A stretch of 64,000 bases of DNA from Octopus sinensis (GCF_006345805.1 NC_043011.1:1488001-1552000); one strand, 5' to 3'. Positions 11,835 through 24,647 are shown, counted from the first letter of the stretch. A program made the numbers and translations. The notes: generated by a model not told the origin, from the letters alone.

Positions 11835-12670
11835 TCTTTTCCAGTTCAGTCTGCTTCTCTATTTTGTTTAAACTGCATTTGCATTTTGAAAACCACCTTC
11901 ATCCTTCTATAAACCTGGGAATGTAAGTAAAAATGGCTCAAGTACTTGGGTATTAGGTAGGTTTTACTATAGAACAATGATATAGCTTTGAGATCTGCAC
12001 ACACATATATCAAAGAGTTCATCTTGTATAACTCAGTGTTGGTATTCTCTGTTTCCAAATCAAACAGTGAACTATCCTCTAACCTATTCACATTTTCATC
12101 ATATCCTTAGAAGGTATTTTAACGTCTGCCCTTAGTTTTCCAAAACATTTTATGTATATCTCTGGTCATTATACGAAAGGTTTTCAATTTCTCCTTCTTC
12201 AAGTAGTGATAATGTTAGCAAATACTTAAAATCTTTACGTGTTAGTGTAGATCTAAATAAACCTGTTTTGATTTGAAAGCTTACAAGAACTGTTCAGGCT
12301 TGAATAAGTGTAACATCTTCACTATGCACATGTTTCTGTGCCTTATTGAATTATAAGTCTGTCAAATAGAATAGCTGCTTTTTACACTTTTGCAACTTAT
12401 CATATAGGGAATGTTCTATATGGGCAAGAAATTCTATTGTTGAATCAATTAGTTGACAAGTCTTTGCAAACTATCTCCTCTTGACAATCACCTTACCTTA
12501 CTGTGCAATAGTAATTTAGTTACAAGTTTCATCACTTTTTTCAAATAACATTGCAAACAGTCATGACTTGTGAGGGTATGCTTTAATTTTATCGATTTAT
12601 CTGATACACACTTTTATGGCAGTATTCACAAGAAAAACTGAAATTTGGTTTCATGCCTTCCTTTACCTTG
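11835..12670 (-). pseudogene. hAT (Charlie/Buster, SCAND3-like) transposase remnant
   Basis: Minus frames: LLLHSKVR*LSRGDSLQRL (cf. LLLHTEVRWLSRG), DSTIEFL...KKQLFYLTDL, and a C-terminal FP...GF...TK*RSRLN dimerisation-domain pattern. Confidence 0.75.
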
Positions 12671-12897
12671 CATAGTTGCTGCAATGTGACTTCATTTACA
12701 AGACAACAATGCGTATGTGCCTGTGCTCTGTAAGGTGGCTAGTGTTAAAAACCCTGCCAAAACAGCTGTAAAAATCCTGCCAAAACAGACAGTGAATCCT
12801 GGTGCAGTCTTCTGTCTAGTCAGTCCCTGTTTTCCAACCCATGCCAGTATGGAAAACGAGTGTAGATGATGATGATGACAACGATGATGATGATGAT

Positions 12898-13260
12898 GGT
12901 AAGAAGCTTGCTTCCCAACCACATGGCTCTGGGTTCAGTCTCACTGCATGGCACTTTGGCCAAATGTCTTCTACTATAGCCTCAGGCTGACCAAAGCCTT
13001 GTGAGAGGATTTGGTTGATGGAAACTGAAAGAAACCCATTATATATACATATATGTGTGTGTGCCTATGTTTGTCTCCCACTACTGCTTGACATCTGGCG
13101 TTGATGTGCTTATGTCCCCATAACTTCATGGTTCAGTAAAAGCTACTGATAGAATAAGTTGTAGTCTTAAAAAATAAGCCGTGGGGGGGGGGGATTAGTT
13201 TGACTAAAATCCCTTCAAGTTAGTACCCTAGTCAAATGACTGAAACAAGTAAAATATAAA
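12898..13260 (+). mobile_element. SINE family A, 5'-truncated, abutting a minus-strand RTE tail (12720-12897)
   Basis: Family-A body and tail; upstream ccaacccatgccagtatggaaaacgagtgtagatgatgatg is RTE 3'-end sequence. Confidence 0.75.
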
Positions 13261-13309
13261 CAATAAACTTTTATAAAAATACCTTCAATCTGTTTTAAAA
13301 TACACCGAC

Positions 13310-13655
13310 TACTGTAACCATGGCACCAGTTGGACCTGATTGTCATACCATGATTCCAACACTGATGTCCGAGAGTAGGTGTCCTCTCTATGCTCTTTTA
13401 CCTGTGCCAATAACACCTTCAGTGACTTGAATATGTCCATTACATGGATGATAGTCAAATGCTAAAAGACTTGCTGTGTGGTGAATAGGAATCATGATCA
13501 AGATGCAAAGAATACCTGTTGATGAAAGCAATCAACCCCAACCCAATCACTGAAGAGTTGTCATTGACAACAGGCATCTTTGTTGCCTCTAATTCAACTT
13601 TGCATACTGCAAAGTCTTCAAAATTTTCTAAATATCTAGCAATGCATAGATCGTG
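13310..13655 (+). pseudogene. RTE LINE reverse-transcriptase C-terminal remnant
   Basis: Plus frame: LSMLFYLCQ*HLQ*LEYVHYMDDSQMLKDLLCGE (cf. RRLRWLGHVxRMDDxRIPKDLLYGEL). Confidence 0.75.
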
Positions 13656-16084
13656 GTAATCAATCTGGTTAACATTAAAACCATTAATATTGGAAAATTT
13701 TATTTTGATGTAAATTACATTTAGAGATACAATTTAATAGATGAAACATTTAAATATATGATATCTTATGAAATTTCAAGCAGACACTCCTACCTAATAT
13801 TTTTAAACTTTTGACATATTTAATATGCTTTTCTACACACAATATCTTGAACCACTTATATTCTCCCCAGAGGCATGAAGTGTAATGAGATTTTAGGAAT
13901 TATTTGGTCTTTAAGTATTTACTGTATACCATTCTCTGTGGTTCACTTAATCTTATTGCCAGCATCCTTGACCTTACTGGCATTAATTATCAATACTGAC
14001 ATTCATTATCAATATTTATATATTGCCATTAATAGTAGATTATTTTAAATGTTGAATTGATACCTGCTAGTGTTATCATGGCAGAAATGTTTAGTAAGAT
14101 TAGCAAAATAGTTATTTTTGATTACTTTTCTTCAATAAAACTATGAATTTTCATGCCAACCATCTCATAAAGTCGAACGATTCGTGATAAATACGTCAGG
14201 AATAAATTCTACACTAAATATTGTTACAAAGTGGGCGTTGTAAATAGACTATAATTATAACATTTACCTTGCCCGAGGAAATTCGTAAATATATAACTCA
14301 GATATTATAAATCTTTGTGATGAAACTCAGAACTACAGGGAAAAAAAAAAGAGTTGGAAAGAAATAGAATTAACTGAAAGAAGTTCCTTTTTTCCCGCTG
14401 ATCAAATAAATGGGGGAAGAAGGAATATCAGATGGATGGAACATCAGATGAAAGAAGGTAAATTAGATGGAAGAAGAAAGTGTAGTATGTGATGTAATAT
14501 TGTTCAAAACTTGAAGTTCATGATAGATCTGTTAATTCTAATAAGCCAATCATTGTTTGATTATCAAATGCAGGTATATTAAACAGGATCAAGTCTTTGA
14601 TACTTCCTATTAAAATGCAACTAATAATACAAGTTTCCCAATGGAATGCAAGTATTATAAATCAAATTTATTGACTTCTGATACTCATCTAAAGTTAATT
14701 CAGGCTTTTATTAGTAATTCAACTCTGTATTGCAAATTATGCAAACATACAACACATTGCAGTAACCTCACTCTTTATATTGATGAACTGTGCCTCCCTG
14801 TGTTTCTTGTTCATAGCTGGAGATCTGAGTTACCTATAATGGTTGTGAACATTTACACAATGACAAAATACATACTACGAACCCTTCGGTCATTCACTTA
14901 TAATCACTTTGGTAGTTTTAACTCTTTTGCATTAATAAGAAGTTGAGAAATAATAACAGATTCCACAAATCTTATGCACAAAATTGAAGATGTGCGTATG
15001 ATCTATTCTATTTTTAATGTCCATACATAGATATGTGCATATGTCTGTACTATATGTACATATATATATATATGTATGTACTATATGCACAGATGTATGA
15101 ACATATGTATATACATACATATGTATGTATCTGCAACATGTATGCAGAAACTATTGTATCTGTGCATATGTATGAATATTTGTGTTTGTGAGTCTATGCA
15201 TGCCTATGTGCATGCATTTGTGTATGCGTGTGGGAATATCTTTGTACAGATATTGATATGTGTTAAATACACTTGTGTAAGTACAGAGGTCATCTGTAAG
15301 CCTTTCACATAGGATACAAAAGAATTCCTTTATGCTGCTATTATTTAATAGTTCGGCAATATCAAATCATAATGTACAGAAATTATTGAATCTCGATATT
15401 CTTAAGACTAATTACCATATTTTAAACTTCCTTTTAGCACAAATTTAGAAAACCATAAAATATATAGATAAACATATATATATATATAGTATCTATCTAC
15501 TCTAGAATGCAAATTTCAGTTTCAGCATAAGAACTATTTTGTAATAAGTGTCAATAATAGAAGGTTATTCTCTGAATAGGTATGGGAAGAATTGTCTTAT
15601 TGGATTTCTTCCAACCTTGACATTATTCAAATACTGTAATTTTCCTGTCAGTACAATACATATTCTAGGAAATCAGATATGATTAAACCAATTTGTAGTT
15701 CTGGATGGTTGAATCAATTAATTTTGAGTCTTTCAAAGATTATAACTATCTCAGGGCTGACAGCTTGGATTCTAGGCCAAAACTTCGTAAAGACTTACAA
15801 CAATTAACTTTTATTATTCCATTCATAAACTGCAGCAGCTTTCAAGTCATAATATTGATATATGCAGCAAGAGACAAGTATTTATGATACCTCTTCTTAA
15901 CTGCTAGAGGAGTTAAAGAAATGCAAAATAAAGTGCTCTACTCAGAAATACTCTGAGCCACTGTCAGGATAAACAATCATTGTCCTATGCCATGTCTGCA
16001 CATGCATTGTGTATAGCGATCTACAAACAATAAATCTTGTTATATCACTGAAGTATCATTAGTCAGGGATGCTAATTTATATCA

Positions 16085-16480
16085 GGAGGCAAGAGCGTGA
16101 TCGTTGCCAGAGCGGCCAACTGGCTTCCGTACTCGTGGCACGTACAATGGCACCATTCGAGCGTGATCGTTACCAACATCGCTTCACTAGCACCTGTGCC
16201 GGTGTCATGTGTAAAAGATTCAAGCGAGGTCATTGCCAGTACCGCCTGACTGGCCCCTGTGCCAGTGGCACGTAAAAAGCACCCACTACACCCTCGGAGT
16301 GGTTGGGGATCTGGGAAGCCAGAAGGCTGCACCAGGCTCCAGTCTGATCTGGCAGTGTTTCTACAGCTGGATGCCCTTCCTAACGCCAACCACTCCATGA
16401 GTGTAGTGGGTGCTTTTTACTTGCCAGGCAAGGCTGGCAATGGCCACGATTGGATTGGTGCTTTTTACATGCCACCGGCA
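16085..16480. mobile_element. Two RTE 3'-UTR fragments joined in inverted orientation
   Basis: Plus copy runs to gagtggttgg (16307), then a minus copy follows. aaaaagcacccactacac...ggagtggttgg is mirrored at about 16387-16419. Confidence 0.8.
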
Positions 16481-16760
16481 TGGACAAGGTTGTTAAGTGA
16501 GTCCTGGGGGTGAGTTGACTACAACTTCTAACAAGTTGTGAGACTACACAGAGGCTCCCTCACTACTTCAAGCAGTGGTAGACCAGAAAGTTGATGTGGG
16601 GATTTGCTAGGCATAGTGCTGAATTAATTCAATTCTGATTATATCAAAAGTTATGAGAATGACTGACTTCTTCTTTCAGGGAATTATTTCTCTCATCTTC
16701 TTAATGCCACTGTGACAGGAAATAAACACTGGTCAAGTAAAATGATACAGCCTGTGAAAG

Positions 16761-16827
<67 letters not shown>

Positions 16828-16835
16828 TGTTAATG

Positions 16836-16881
<46 letters not shown>

Positions 16882-16905
16882 TAATAATGATAAGGATAAT
16901 AATAA
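16761..16905. repeat. (AAT)n microsatellite
   Basis: Directly visible; gives the poly-N and poly-I ORFs. Confidence 0.95.
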
Positions 16906-17224
16906 CAGAAAATGTGATGAGTGCGATCTTACCTCACTTGCAGCTGCTCTTCAAGGTACAGCATGCAAAAACTCCAACGTTAGTTTCCTTGGAGTCAGTC
17001 TATGTATCACTTTTCATTTTGAACTTGACAAAGACAAGTGACCTATTGAAATATTGTCCAAACCATTAGAATATCTATTGAAATTGCATCATGTTCTTTT
17101 TATTGTCTACGTACCTTTGTGAGTAGCTATGCCAATCCTTTTAAAATATATTAATGATAGTGATAGTAATTGTAGAGACATCATTAAGAATAAAAGGTTA
17201 ACTGACACTGAAATTAGCCAAATT

Positions 17225-18175
17225 AGGAGAAATATCTCATGGCAGACAAAATGAAAACAGCAACAATGCAGATGAAATAGGTAACAGATGCACAGAACCC
17301 AGTGTACAAGCAGTACATCTCAATGAGACAGCTGAAGAAAGAATAGTGAAGAACAGATATGCAGAAAAAGAGGAGAAAGTAGACCTACCTGAAGAACACC
17401 AGAATAAATATGACATAGAATTTGAGGTGAATAATAAAGAGAGGATCATAGAAGCAAAAGAAGATATTATGAGAGAACTCTACAAGACCGAGAACCACTA
17501 CCAAAGCTCTCAAACAGCATATAAGATAACAACACTATCAGGATATATAATGTTGCTTTTAAACAGATCTTAAGAATTAAGGGAAATGACCTAACAACTT
17601 CAAATAACCCCTTCTATTCCACTGCTAAAGTTGTATCTGCACAACTAGGACGACACAGAAAAGGACCAACCATGTCAATAGACCTCCCAAGTGAAACATA
17701 GCAATACAAAAAGACTGAATTTTTGCAGGTGTATATATCAGTTCTCAATGAACTTGCTAGAGGAGTAAATGTTAAGGTGAAATAAGCTAGAAAAATTAAG
17801 CAACAATATAAAATCAAAGATCTTATAAACTTCCCTGCAACCAAGGAAATTGTGAAACAATGAATACAACTGAAATCCCAACGGCTCAGTAATATGACAA
17901 AAGAATCAAATTTTATCGACAAAATAAGATATTCAAGACAGATGCAAAGAAATTATATAGGGAAATTGGCAAAAGCAAGGAGCCATGTAAGATTGAGGAA
18001 ATGAAAGAGTTCTAGAAGAAGATATGAAGCAAAAAAAATAGAATATAATGCTGAAACTCACTGGATAGAACATGAGAAAATGAGAAGTCGAAGAGCAAAA
18101 ACAGGAGGAATATGAGTAGAAGAGAGTCTCACAAATGGAAAACCCCAGGACTGGACCAGATTCTACATTTTATTA
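17225..18175 (+). pseudogene. R4/Dong-like LINE, N-terminal to RT-start remnant
   Basis: FYSTAKVVSAQLG, IKFYRQNKIFKTDAKKLYREIGK, EYNAETHWIEHEK, SHKWKTPGLDQI (cf. WKAPGPDGI); multiple stops. Confidence 0.75.
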
Positions 18176-18201
18176 TTATTGGCCATGCTACCTTGGTCAT
18201 T

Positions 18202-21200
18202 CCACCGGCACAGGAGCCAGGGGGGCTGGCATTGACCATGTTTGAATGGTGCTTTTACATGTTGCCAGCACAGAAGCCAGAGGGGGCTGGCATTGACTAC
18301 GTTTGGATGGTGCTTTTACATGTTGCCAGCATGGGTGCCAGAGGGGGCTGGTATTGACCATATTTGAATGGTGCTTTTACATGTTGCCAGCACAGAAGCC
18401 AGAAGGGGGCTAGCATTGACCATGTTTGGATGGTGCTTTTACATGTCGCCAGCATGGGAGCCAGAGGGGGCTGGCATTGACCATATTTGAATGGTGCTTT
18501 TACATGTTGCCAGCACAGAAGCCAGAAGGGGGCTAGCATTGACCATGTTTGGATGGTGCTTTTACATGTCGCCAGCATGGGAGCCAGAGGGGGCTGGCAT
18601 TGACCATATTTGAATGGTGCTTTTACATGTTGCCAGCACAGAAGCCAGAAGGGGGCTAGCATTGACCATGTTTGAATGGTGCTTTTACATGTTGCCAGCA
18701 CAGAAGCCAGAAGGGGGCTAGCATTGACCATGTTTGAATGGTGCTTTTACATGTTGCCAGCACAGAAGCCAGAGGGGGCTGGCATTGACCATATTTGAAT
18801 GGTGCTTTTACATGTTGCCAGCATGGAAGTCAGAGGGGGCTGGCATTGTACATGTTTGAATGGTGCTTTTACATGTTGCCAGCACAGAAGCCAGAGGGGG
18901 CTGGCATTGACCATATTTGAATGGTGCTTTTACATGTTGCCAGCATGGAAGTCAGAGGGGGCTGGCATTGTACATATTTGAATGGTGCTTTTACATGTTG
19001 CCAGCATGGAAGTCAGAGGGGGCTGGCATTGTACATATTTGAATGGTGCTTTTACATGTTGCCAGCATGGAAGTCAGAGGGGGCTGGCATTGTACATATT
19101 TGAATGGTGCTTTTACATGTTGCCAGCATGGAAGTCAGAGGGGGCTGGCATTGTACATATTTGAATGGTGCTTTTACATGTTGCCAGCATGGAAGTCAGA
19201 GGGGGCTGGCATTGTACATATTTGAATGGTGCTTTTACATGTTGCCAGCATGGAAGTCAGAGGGGGCTAGCATTGACCATGTTTGAATGGTGCTTTTACA
19301 TGTTGCCAGCATGGAAGTCAGAGGGGGCTGGCATTGTACATTTTGAATGGTGCTTTTACATGTTGCCAGCACAGAAGCAGAGGGGGCTGGCATTGACCAT
19401 ATTTGAATGGTGCTTTACATGTTGCCAGCATGGAAGTCAGAGGGGGCTGGCATTGTACATATTTGAATGGTGCTTTTACATGTTGCCAGCACAGAAGCCA
19501 GAGGGGGCTGGCATTGCCATATTTGAATGGGCTTTTACATGTTGCCGCATGGAAGTCAGAGGGGGCTGGTGTACATATTTGAATGGTGCTTTTACATGTT
19601 GCCAGCATGGAAGTCAGAGGGGGCTGGCATTGTACATATTTGAATGGTGCTTTTACATGTTGCCAGCACAGAACCAGAGGGGGCTGGCATTGACCATATT
19701 TGAATGGTGTTTACATGTTGCAGCATGGAAGTCAGAGGCTGGGCTTATTGACACTTTGAATGTGCTTTTACATGCCACATGGAAGTCAGAGGGGGTGGCA
19801 GCATTTGAATGGTGCTTAAATGTTGCCAGCATGGAAGTCAGAGGGGGCTGGTATTGTACATATTTGAATGGTGCTTTTACTGTTGCCAGCATGGAAGTCA
19901 GAGGGGGCTGGCATTGTACATATTTGAATGGTGCTTTTACATGTTGCAGCACAGAAGCCAGAGGGGGCTGGCATTGACCATATTTGAATGGTGCTTTTAC
20001 ATGTTGCCAGCACAGAAGCCAGAGGGGGCTGGCATTGACCATATTTGAATGGTGCTTTTACATGTTGCCAGCATGGAAGTCAGGGGGGCTGCATGTAACT
20101 ATTTGAATGGTGCTTTTACATGTTGCCAGCATGGAAGTCAGGGGGGGGGCTGGTATTGTACATATTTGAATGGTGCTTTTACATGTTGCCAGCATGGAAG
20201 TCAGAGGGGGCTGGCATTGTACATATTTGAATGGTGCTTTTACATGTTGCCAGCATGGAAGTCAGAGGGGGCTGGTATTGTACATATTTGAATGGTGCTT
20301 TTACATGTTGCCAGCATGGAAGTCAGAGGGGGCTGGCATTGTACATATTTGAATGGTGCTTTTACATGTTGCCAGCATGGAAGTCAGAGGGGGCTGGCAT
20401 TGTACATATTTGAATGGTGCTTTTACATGTTGCCAGCACAGAAGCCAGAGGGGGCTGGCATTGACCATGTTTGAATGGTGCTTTTACATGTTGCCAGCAT
20501 GGAAGTCAGAGGGGGCTGGCATTGTACATGTTTGAATGGTGCTTTTACATGTTGCCAGCATGGAAGTCAGAGGGGGCTGGTATTGACCATATTTGAATGG
20601 TGCTTTTACATGTTGCCAGCATGGAAGTCAGAGGGGGCTGGCATTGTACATATTTGAATGGTGCTTTTACATGTTGCCAGCATGGAAGTCAGAGGGGGCT
20701 GGTATTGTACATATTGAATGGTGCTTTTACATGTTGCAGCATGGAAGTCAGAGGGGGCTGGCATTGTACATATTTGAATGGTGCTTTTACATGTTGCCAG
20801 CACAGAAGCCAGAGGGGGCTGGCATTGACATATTTGAATGGTGCTGCTTTACATGTTGCCAGCACAGAAGCCAGAGGGGGTGGCATTGACCATATTGAAT
20901 GGTGCTTTTACATGTTGCCAGCATGGAAGTCAGAGGGGGCTGGCATTGTACATATTGAATGGTGCTTTTACATGTTGCCAGCATGGAAGTCAGAGGGGGT
21001 GGCATTGTACATATTTGAATGGTGCTTTTACATGTTGCCAGCACAGAAGCCAGAGGGGGCTGGCATTGACCATGTTTGAATGGTGCTTTTACATGTTGCC
21101 AGCATGGAAGTCAGAGGGGGCTGGCATTGTACATGTTTGAATGGTGCTTTTACATGTTGCCAGCATGGGAGCCAGTCAAGGCGGCACTGGCATCAGCCAG

Positions 21201-21210
21201 GTTCAGGTGC
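18202..21210 (-). repeat. 61-bp tandem array (about 49 units) derived from the RTE 3'-UTR repeat
   Basis: Unit gggggctggcattgtacatatttgaatggtgcttttacatgttgccagcatggaagtcaga; antisense homolog of the 67-bp unit at 47811-48400. Confidence 0.95.
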
Positions 21211-21317
21211 CAGACAGTTTTTGTCTACTATAATATATGTTTGTGCTTTTATGCAGCAGAGGACCCCTCAAATAAATATTGCAGTATTCAGCATTCTAAC
21301 ACCACATCCACATTAGC

Positions 21318-21433
21318 TCCATGCAACTCAACCTGACAGGCTTATCAAATGAACCCAGCTCATCTGATTTGTGGGACGAAGATTAATGAGCTAGGTTCAT
21401 TTGATGAACTTGTGAAACTTGAAGTTGCATGGA
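21318..21433. ncRNA. Candidate pre-miRNA-like hairpin (or small foldback element)
   Basis: Inner stem tcaaatgaacccagctcat / atgagctaggttcatttga (18 of 19 paired), 22-nt loop, outer stem tccatgcaact / agttgcatgga (11 of 11). Expression unknown. Confidence 0.35.
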
Positions 21434-21679
21434 ACAAAATCACGTATATTGTTTAACAACAATATACATGGCACCTACCAAATGTGCTGAGTGTTACTTT
21501 CTTTCATTTGTCCACTACCTGTGTATGTATGTGTGCATGTATATATGTATGTATATATGTAGGTATGTATGTATGTGTGCATGCATATATGTATGTATAT
21601 ATGAAGGTATTTATGTATGTGTGTGTATGCATGTATGTATGTATGCATGCATGCATATGTGTATATATATATATCTGTA

Positions 21680-21748
21680 TATAGCCTTGAGCCGACCAAA
21701 GCCTTGTGAGTGGATTTGGTAGACGGAAACTGAAAGAAGCCCGTCGTA

Positions 21749-21784
<36 letters not shown>

Positions 21785-21790
21785 CGCAGA
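21680..21790 (+). mobile_element. SINE family A internal fragment
   Basis: tatagccttgagccgaccaaagccttgtgagtggatttggtagacggaaactgaaagaagcccgtcg. Confidence 0.85.
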
Positions 21791-22575
21791 AAGAGTGAGA
21801 GAGAGAGAATTAATGCATAAACATCAAAGAATAAATCAAATCCAAGTGAGACTAAATTGCAAGTCGCACATAATTTGGTAAACAATCTTTAGAAGCAACA
21901 TATTTAGCATAAATAGCAGAAAAGCATAAATTTCATTCATAGTTAAAGATTTAACTCCACTCAACAGCTGTTTCAAGATAATAAATATCTTCAAATGTAT
22001 AACTACGTAATTGTGATACACAATTAACTAATTTTAATTGGATTAATTTAAAACCTATGTGTATTTAAACATAAGAAATTTTGTGTTATGTTAATCAGAA
22101 AACTGTTTCTGGTTGAACTGCATCAACACACACAAACACACAGACACACGTGCACACACACACACACGCATATATTCTTTGCCTGAAAAAATTAACACAT
22201 GAACAGACCCACCTGATATCCATGGATATTTTAGGTTATATCATAATCATCTCAGGAATGTGGACTATGGTCACAAAAAACATGTGATTAGTGGAAATGC
22301 ACGTAGTGATACAATAGAATATTTATTTATAAATTACATCCATGGACTATTATTATCATTATTATTATTATTATTATTATCATTATTATCATTATTATTA
22401 TCATTCAGTAGTTTTATTTTTATAATGTGCTTTCGTTCCACTACCGAGTGCAGCTCTGTGTGCCTTGGGTATGTGCTGTGACTTGTTGTGATGCTCTGAT
22501 GGTTACTGTATTGAAAGTGTTCTGCGTAGGAGTATTATTATTATTACTATATATTAAATATATATATGTATGTAT

Positions 22576-22622
<47 letters not shown>

Positions 22623-23048
22623 ATATCATTTATATGTACATAATATAGTATAATCATATGTGTATATATAAATAGGTATACATGTGTATATATTTATATA
22701 TATATGTGTGTGTGTGTGTATACATATATATATGTATGTAAGTATTGAGAACAACAAATATTAGACTATTCCCCTCAGAAAAGAAAAATGTTTCATGTGA
22801 GATCAGCAAAGAAAGTTTGGTTCATTAACAAGTGAACAACTTTATTTATTTAATAATCCAAGCTCTCAACAAATTTCTGCAACAAATCAATAACATTTTT
22901 AATAAAATTACTTTGCAAACTTATCTTGTATCATTTAGTGTTGGTATTTCAGTCATACAAATAGGAACACATCTATTTTTATTCTCACGGCATAATTTTA
23001 CAGCTTGTCATGTCAATAAAGTGAAAGACTTCCAACCCATATATCATC

Positions 23049-23474
23049 TACTCTTACTCTCTCTTTTACTCTTTTACTTGTTTCAGACATTTGACTGCGG
23101 CCATGCTGGAGCACCGCCTTTAGTCGAGCAAATCGACCCCGGGACTTATTCTTTGTAAGCCCAGTACTTATTCTATCAGTCTCTTTTGCCGAACCGCTAA
23201 GTGACGGGGACGTAGACACACACCAGCATCGGTTGTCAAGCAATGCTAGGGGGACAAACACAGACACACAAACACACACACACACACATATATATATATA
23301 CATATATATACGACAGGCTTCTTTCAGTTTCCGTCTACCAAATCCACTCACAAGGCATTGGTCGGCCCGGGGCTACAGCAGAAGACACTTGCCCAAGATG
23401 CCACGCAGTGGGACTGAACCTGGAACCATGTGGTTGGTAAGCAAGCTACTTACCACACAGCCACTCCTGCGCCT
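23049..23474 (-). mobile_element. SINE family A, full length
   Basis: Reverse complement of 45856-46286. Confidence 0.93.
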
Positions 23475-24016
23475 ATTTGTCTCTCTGTTTGTCTTTCACT
23501 AAAAATGTTTCATGTTCTGAACCAAAACACTAAATATCAGTTTATTTCTATAAGGATATGGACAGTTATCTATTATAAGGGGGGAAGACTCTAATTAATG
23601 TTGTCTGTCAGTGTAGAGCTCAGGTGTTCTTATAAGTATAGCTAAGAGAAAAAAGTGCTTCATGAGCCTATTAGTTTTAGTTACATTGTATTTATAAAAA
23701 CTCAGTAGTATTCCCAAAACTTAATTTATACTGGACTTGCCCTTCTTTTTCAGGAACTGAGAATTACAGTTCTTTGAAAAAAAAAAAAAAAATGCAGTTG
23801 TGACATCTTTGCATTAAAATTTGATGTCATTTTGAAAACCCCAAAAGAAAATCTGTACCAGTGTTGACTGATATATACTTTATCTGCTCAGAAGGAATGA
23901 AAGACAAAATTGACTCTTAGGATTTGAATCCAAAATACAGAAAAAAGATGACTATTTAAAGGACGCCATTTAATTTGATACCTTTCATTGGTCTGATACC
24001 GATAAATGAATCTTAA

Positions 24017-24237
24017 CCCTTTCGTTACCAACCCGGCCAAAGCCGGCTCAGGCTCTGTAATACAAATGTCTTGTTTTCATAAGTTTTGAATTAAAATCTT
24101 CCACCAAACCTTAGTCACAATTTATGTTCTTAACAGTAGCCTAATGATAACTAAGTTATTTTACTAAATTCTTTGTTATATTTAAAGTAACTGAAAGAAA
24201 CACAGAGCATCTCAAAATAAATACAGTAACGAAAGGG
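24017..24237. mobile_element. piggyBac-type MITE
   Basis: TTAA on both sides (24013-24016, 24238-24241); TIR CCCTTTCGTTAC / GTAACGAAAGGG; second copy at 45193. Confidence 0.92.
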
Positions 24238-24459
24238 TTAAACATCTAATTTTAATTATATTAGTTTATTATTAGCAATTATTTTCTCCTATAGACAAGA
24301 CATTTATTTTATATCACAATTCATGAACAGTAGCCTAATAAGTTACGGGTTTCTTTTTATGTGGTTATACAGACTGACCTGAACATAAAAAATATGCTGA
24401 AGCATATATGGAGGTTGGGAAGAATATATGTGTATATTCATGTATGTACGTGTATAGCA

Positions 24460-24625
24460 ATTGAAGTGTAGAACGACTATTTCATACAGCTCTTCACCTT
24501 CACTTTAACATCTCTGTTATTGTGCCATCTTTTCCTGGAGCTTTGTCTGCTTTCATCATCTTGAAGGAATTTTCACTTTTGCTGACCAGAATAAGTGGCA
24601 CTTCTTCCAACATTAGGGATGTTTG
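24460..24625 (-). pseudogene. RTE LINE RT fragment
   Basis: MKADKAPGKDGTITEMLK (cf. MKxGKAPGPDGIxxEMLK). Confidence 0.7.
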
Positions 24626-24647
24626 AGGGCCAAGAATGTTTTATACT

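Noticed and set aside
13455-13664. Apparent minus-strand terminal exon (AG acceptor, 69 codons IDYHDLC...SFSI*)
   Set aside because: The plus strand is a recognisable RTE RT C-terminus; the open frame is antisense to it.
14641-15887. Unique ORFs of 101 aa (14641) and 60 aa (15705), plus other splice-bounded peptides at 16679, 27666, 43851, 45012 and 50037
   Set aside because: No recognisable domain, candidates fall on both strands, and they cannot be joined into a coherent gene; consistent with chance in AT-rich DNA.
16761-18175. Dong-type insertion into the (AAT)n tract
   Set aside because: The LINE remnant starts about 320 bp away from the tract, so target specificity is not shown.
18297-21336. 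Many 60-270 aa Cys/Trp-rich ORFs
   Set aside because: Translations of a 61-bp non-triplet tandem unit, with stops every third unit unless indels intervene.
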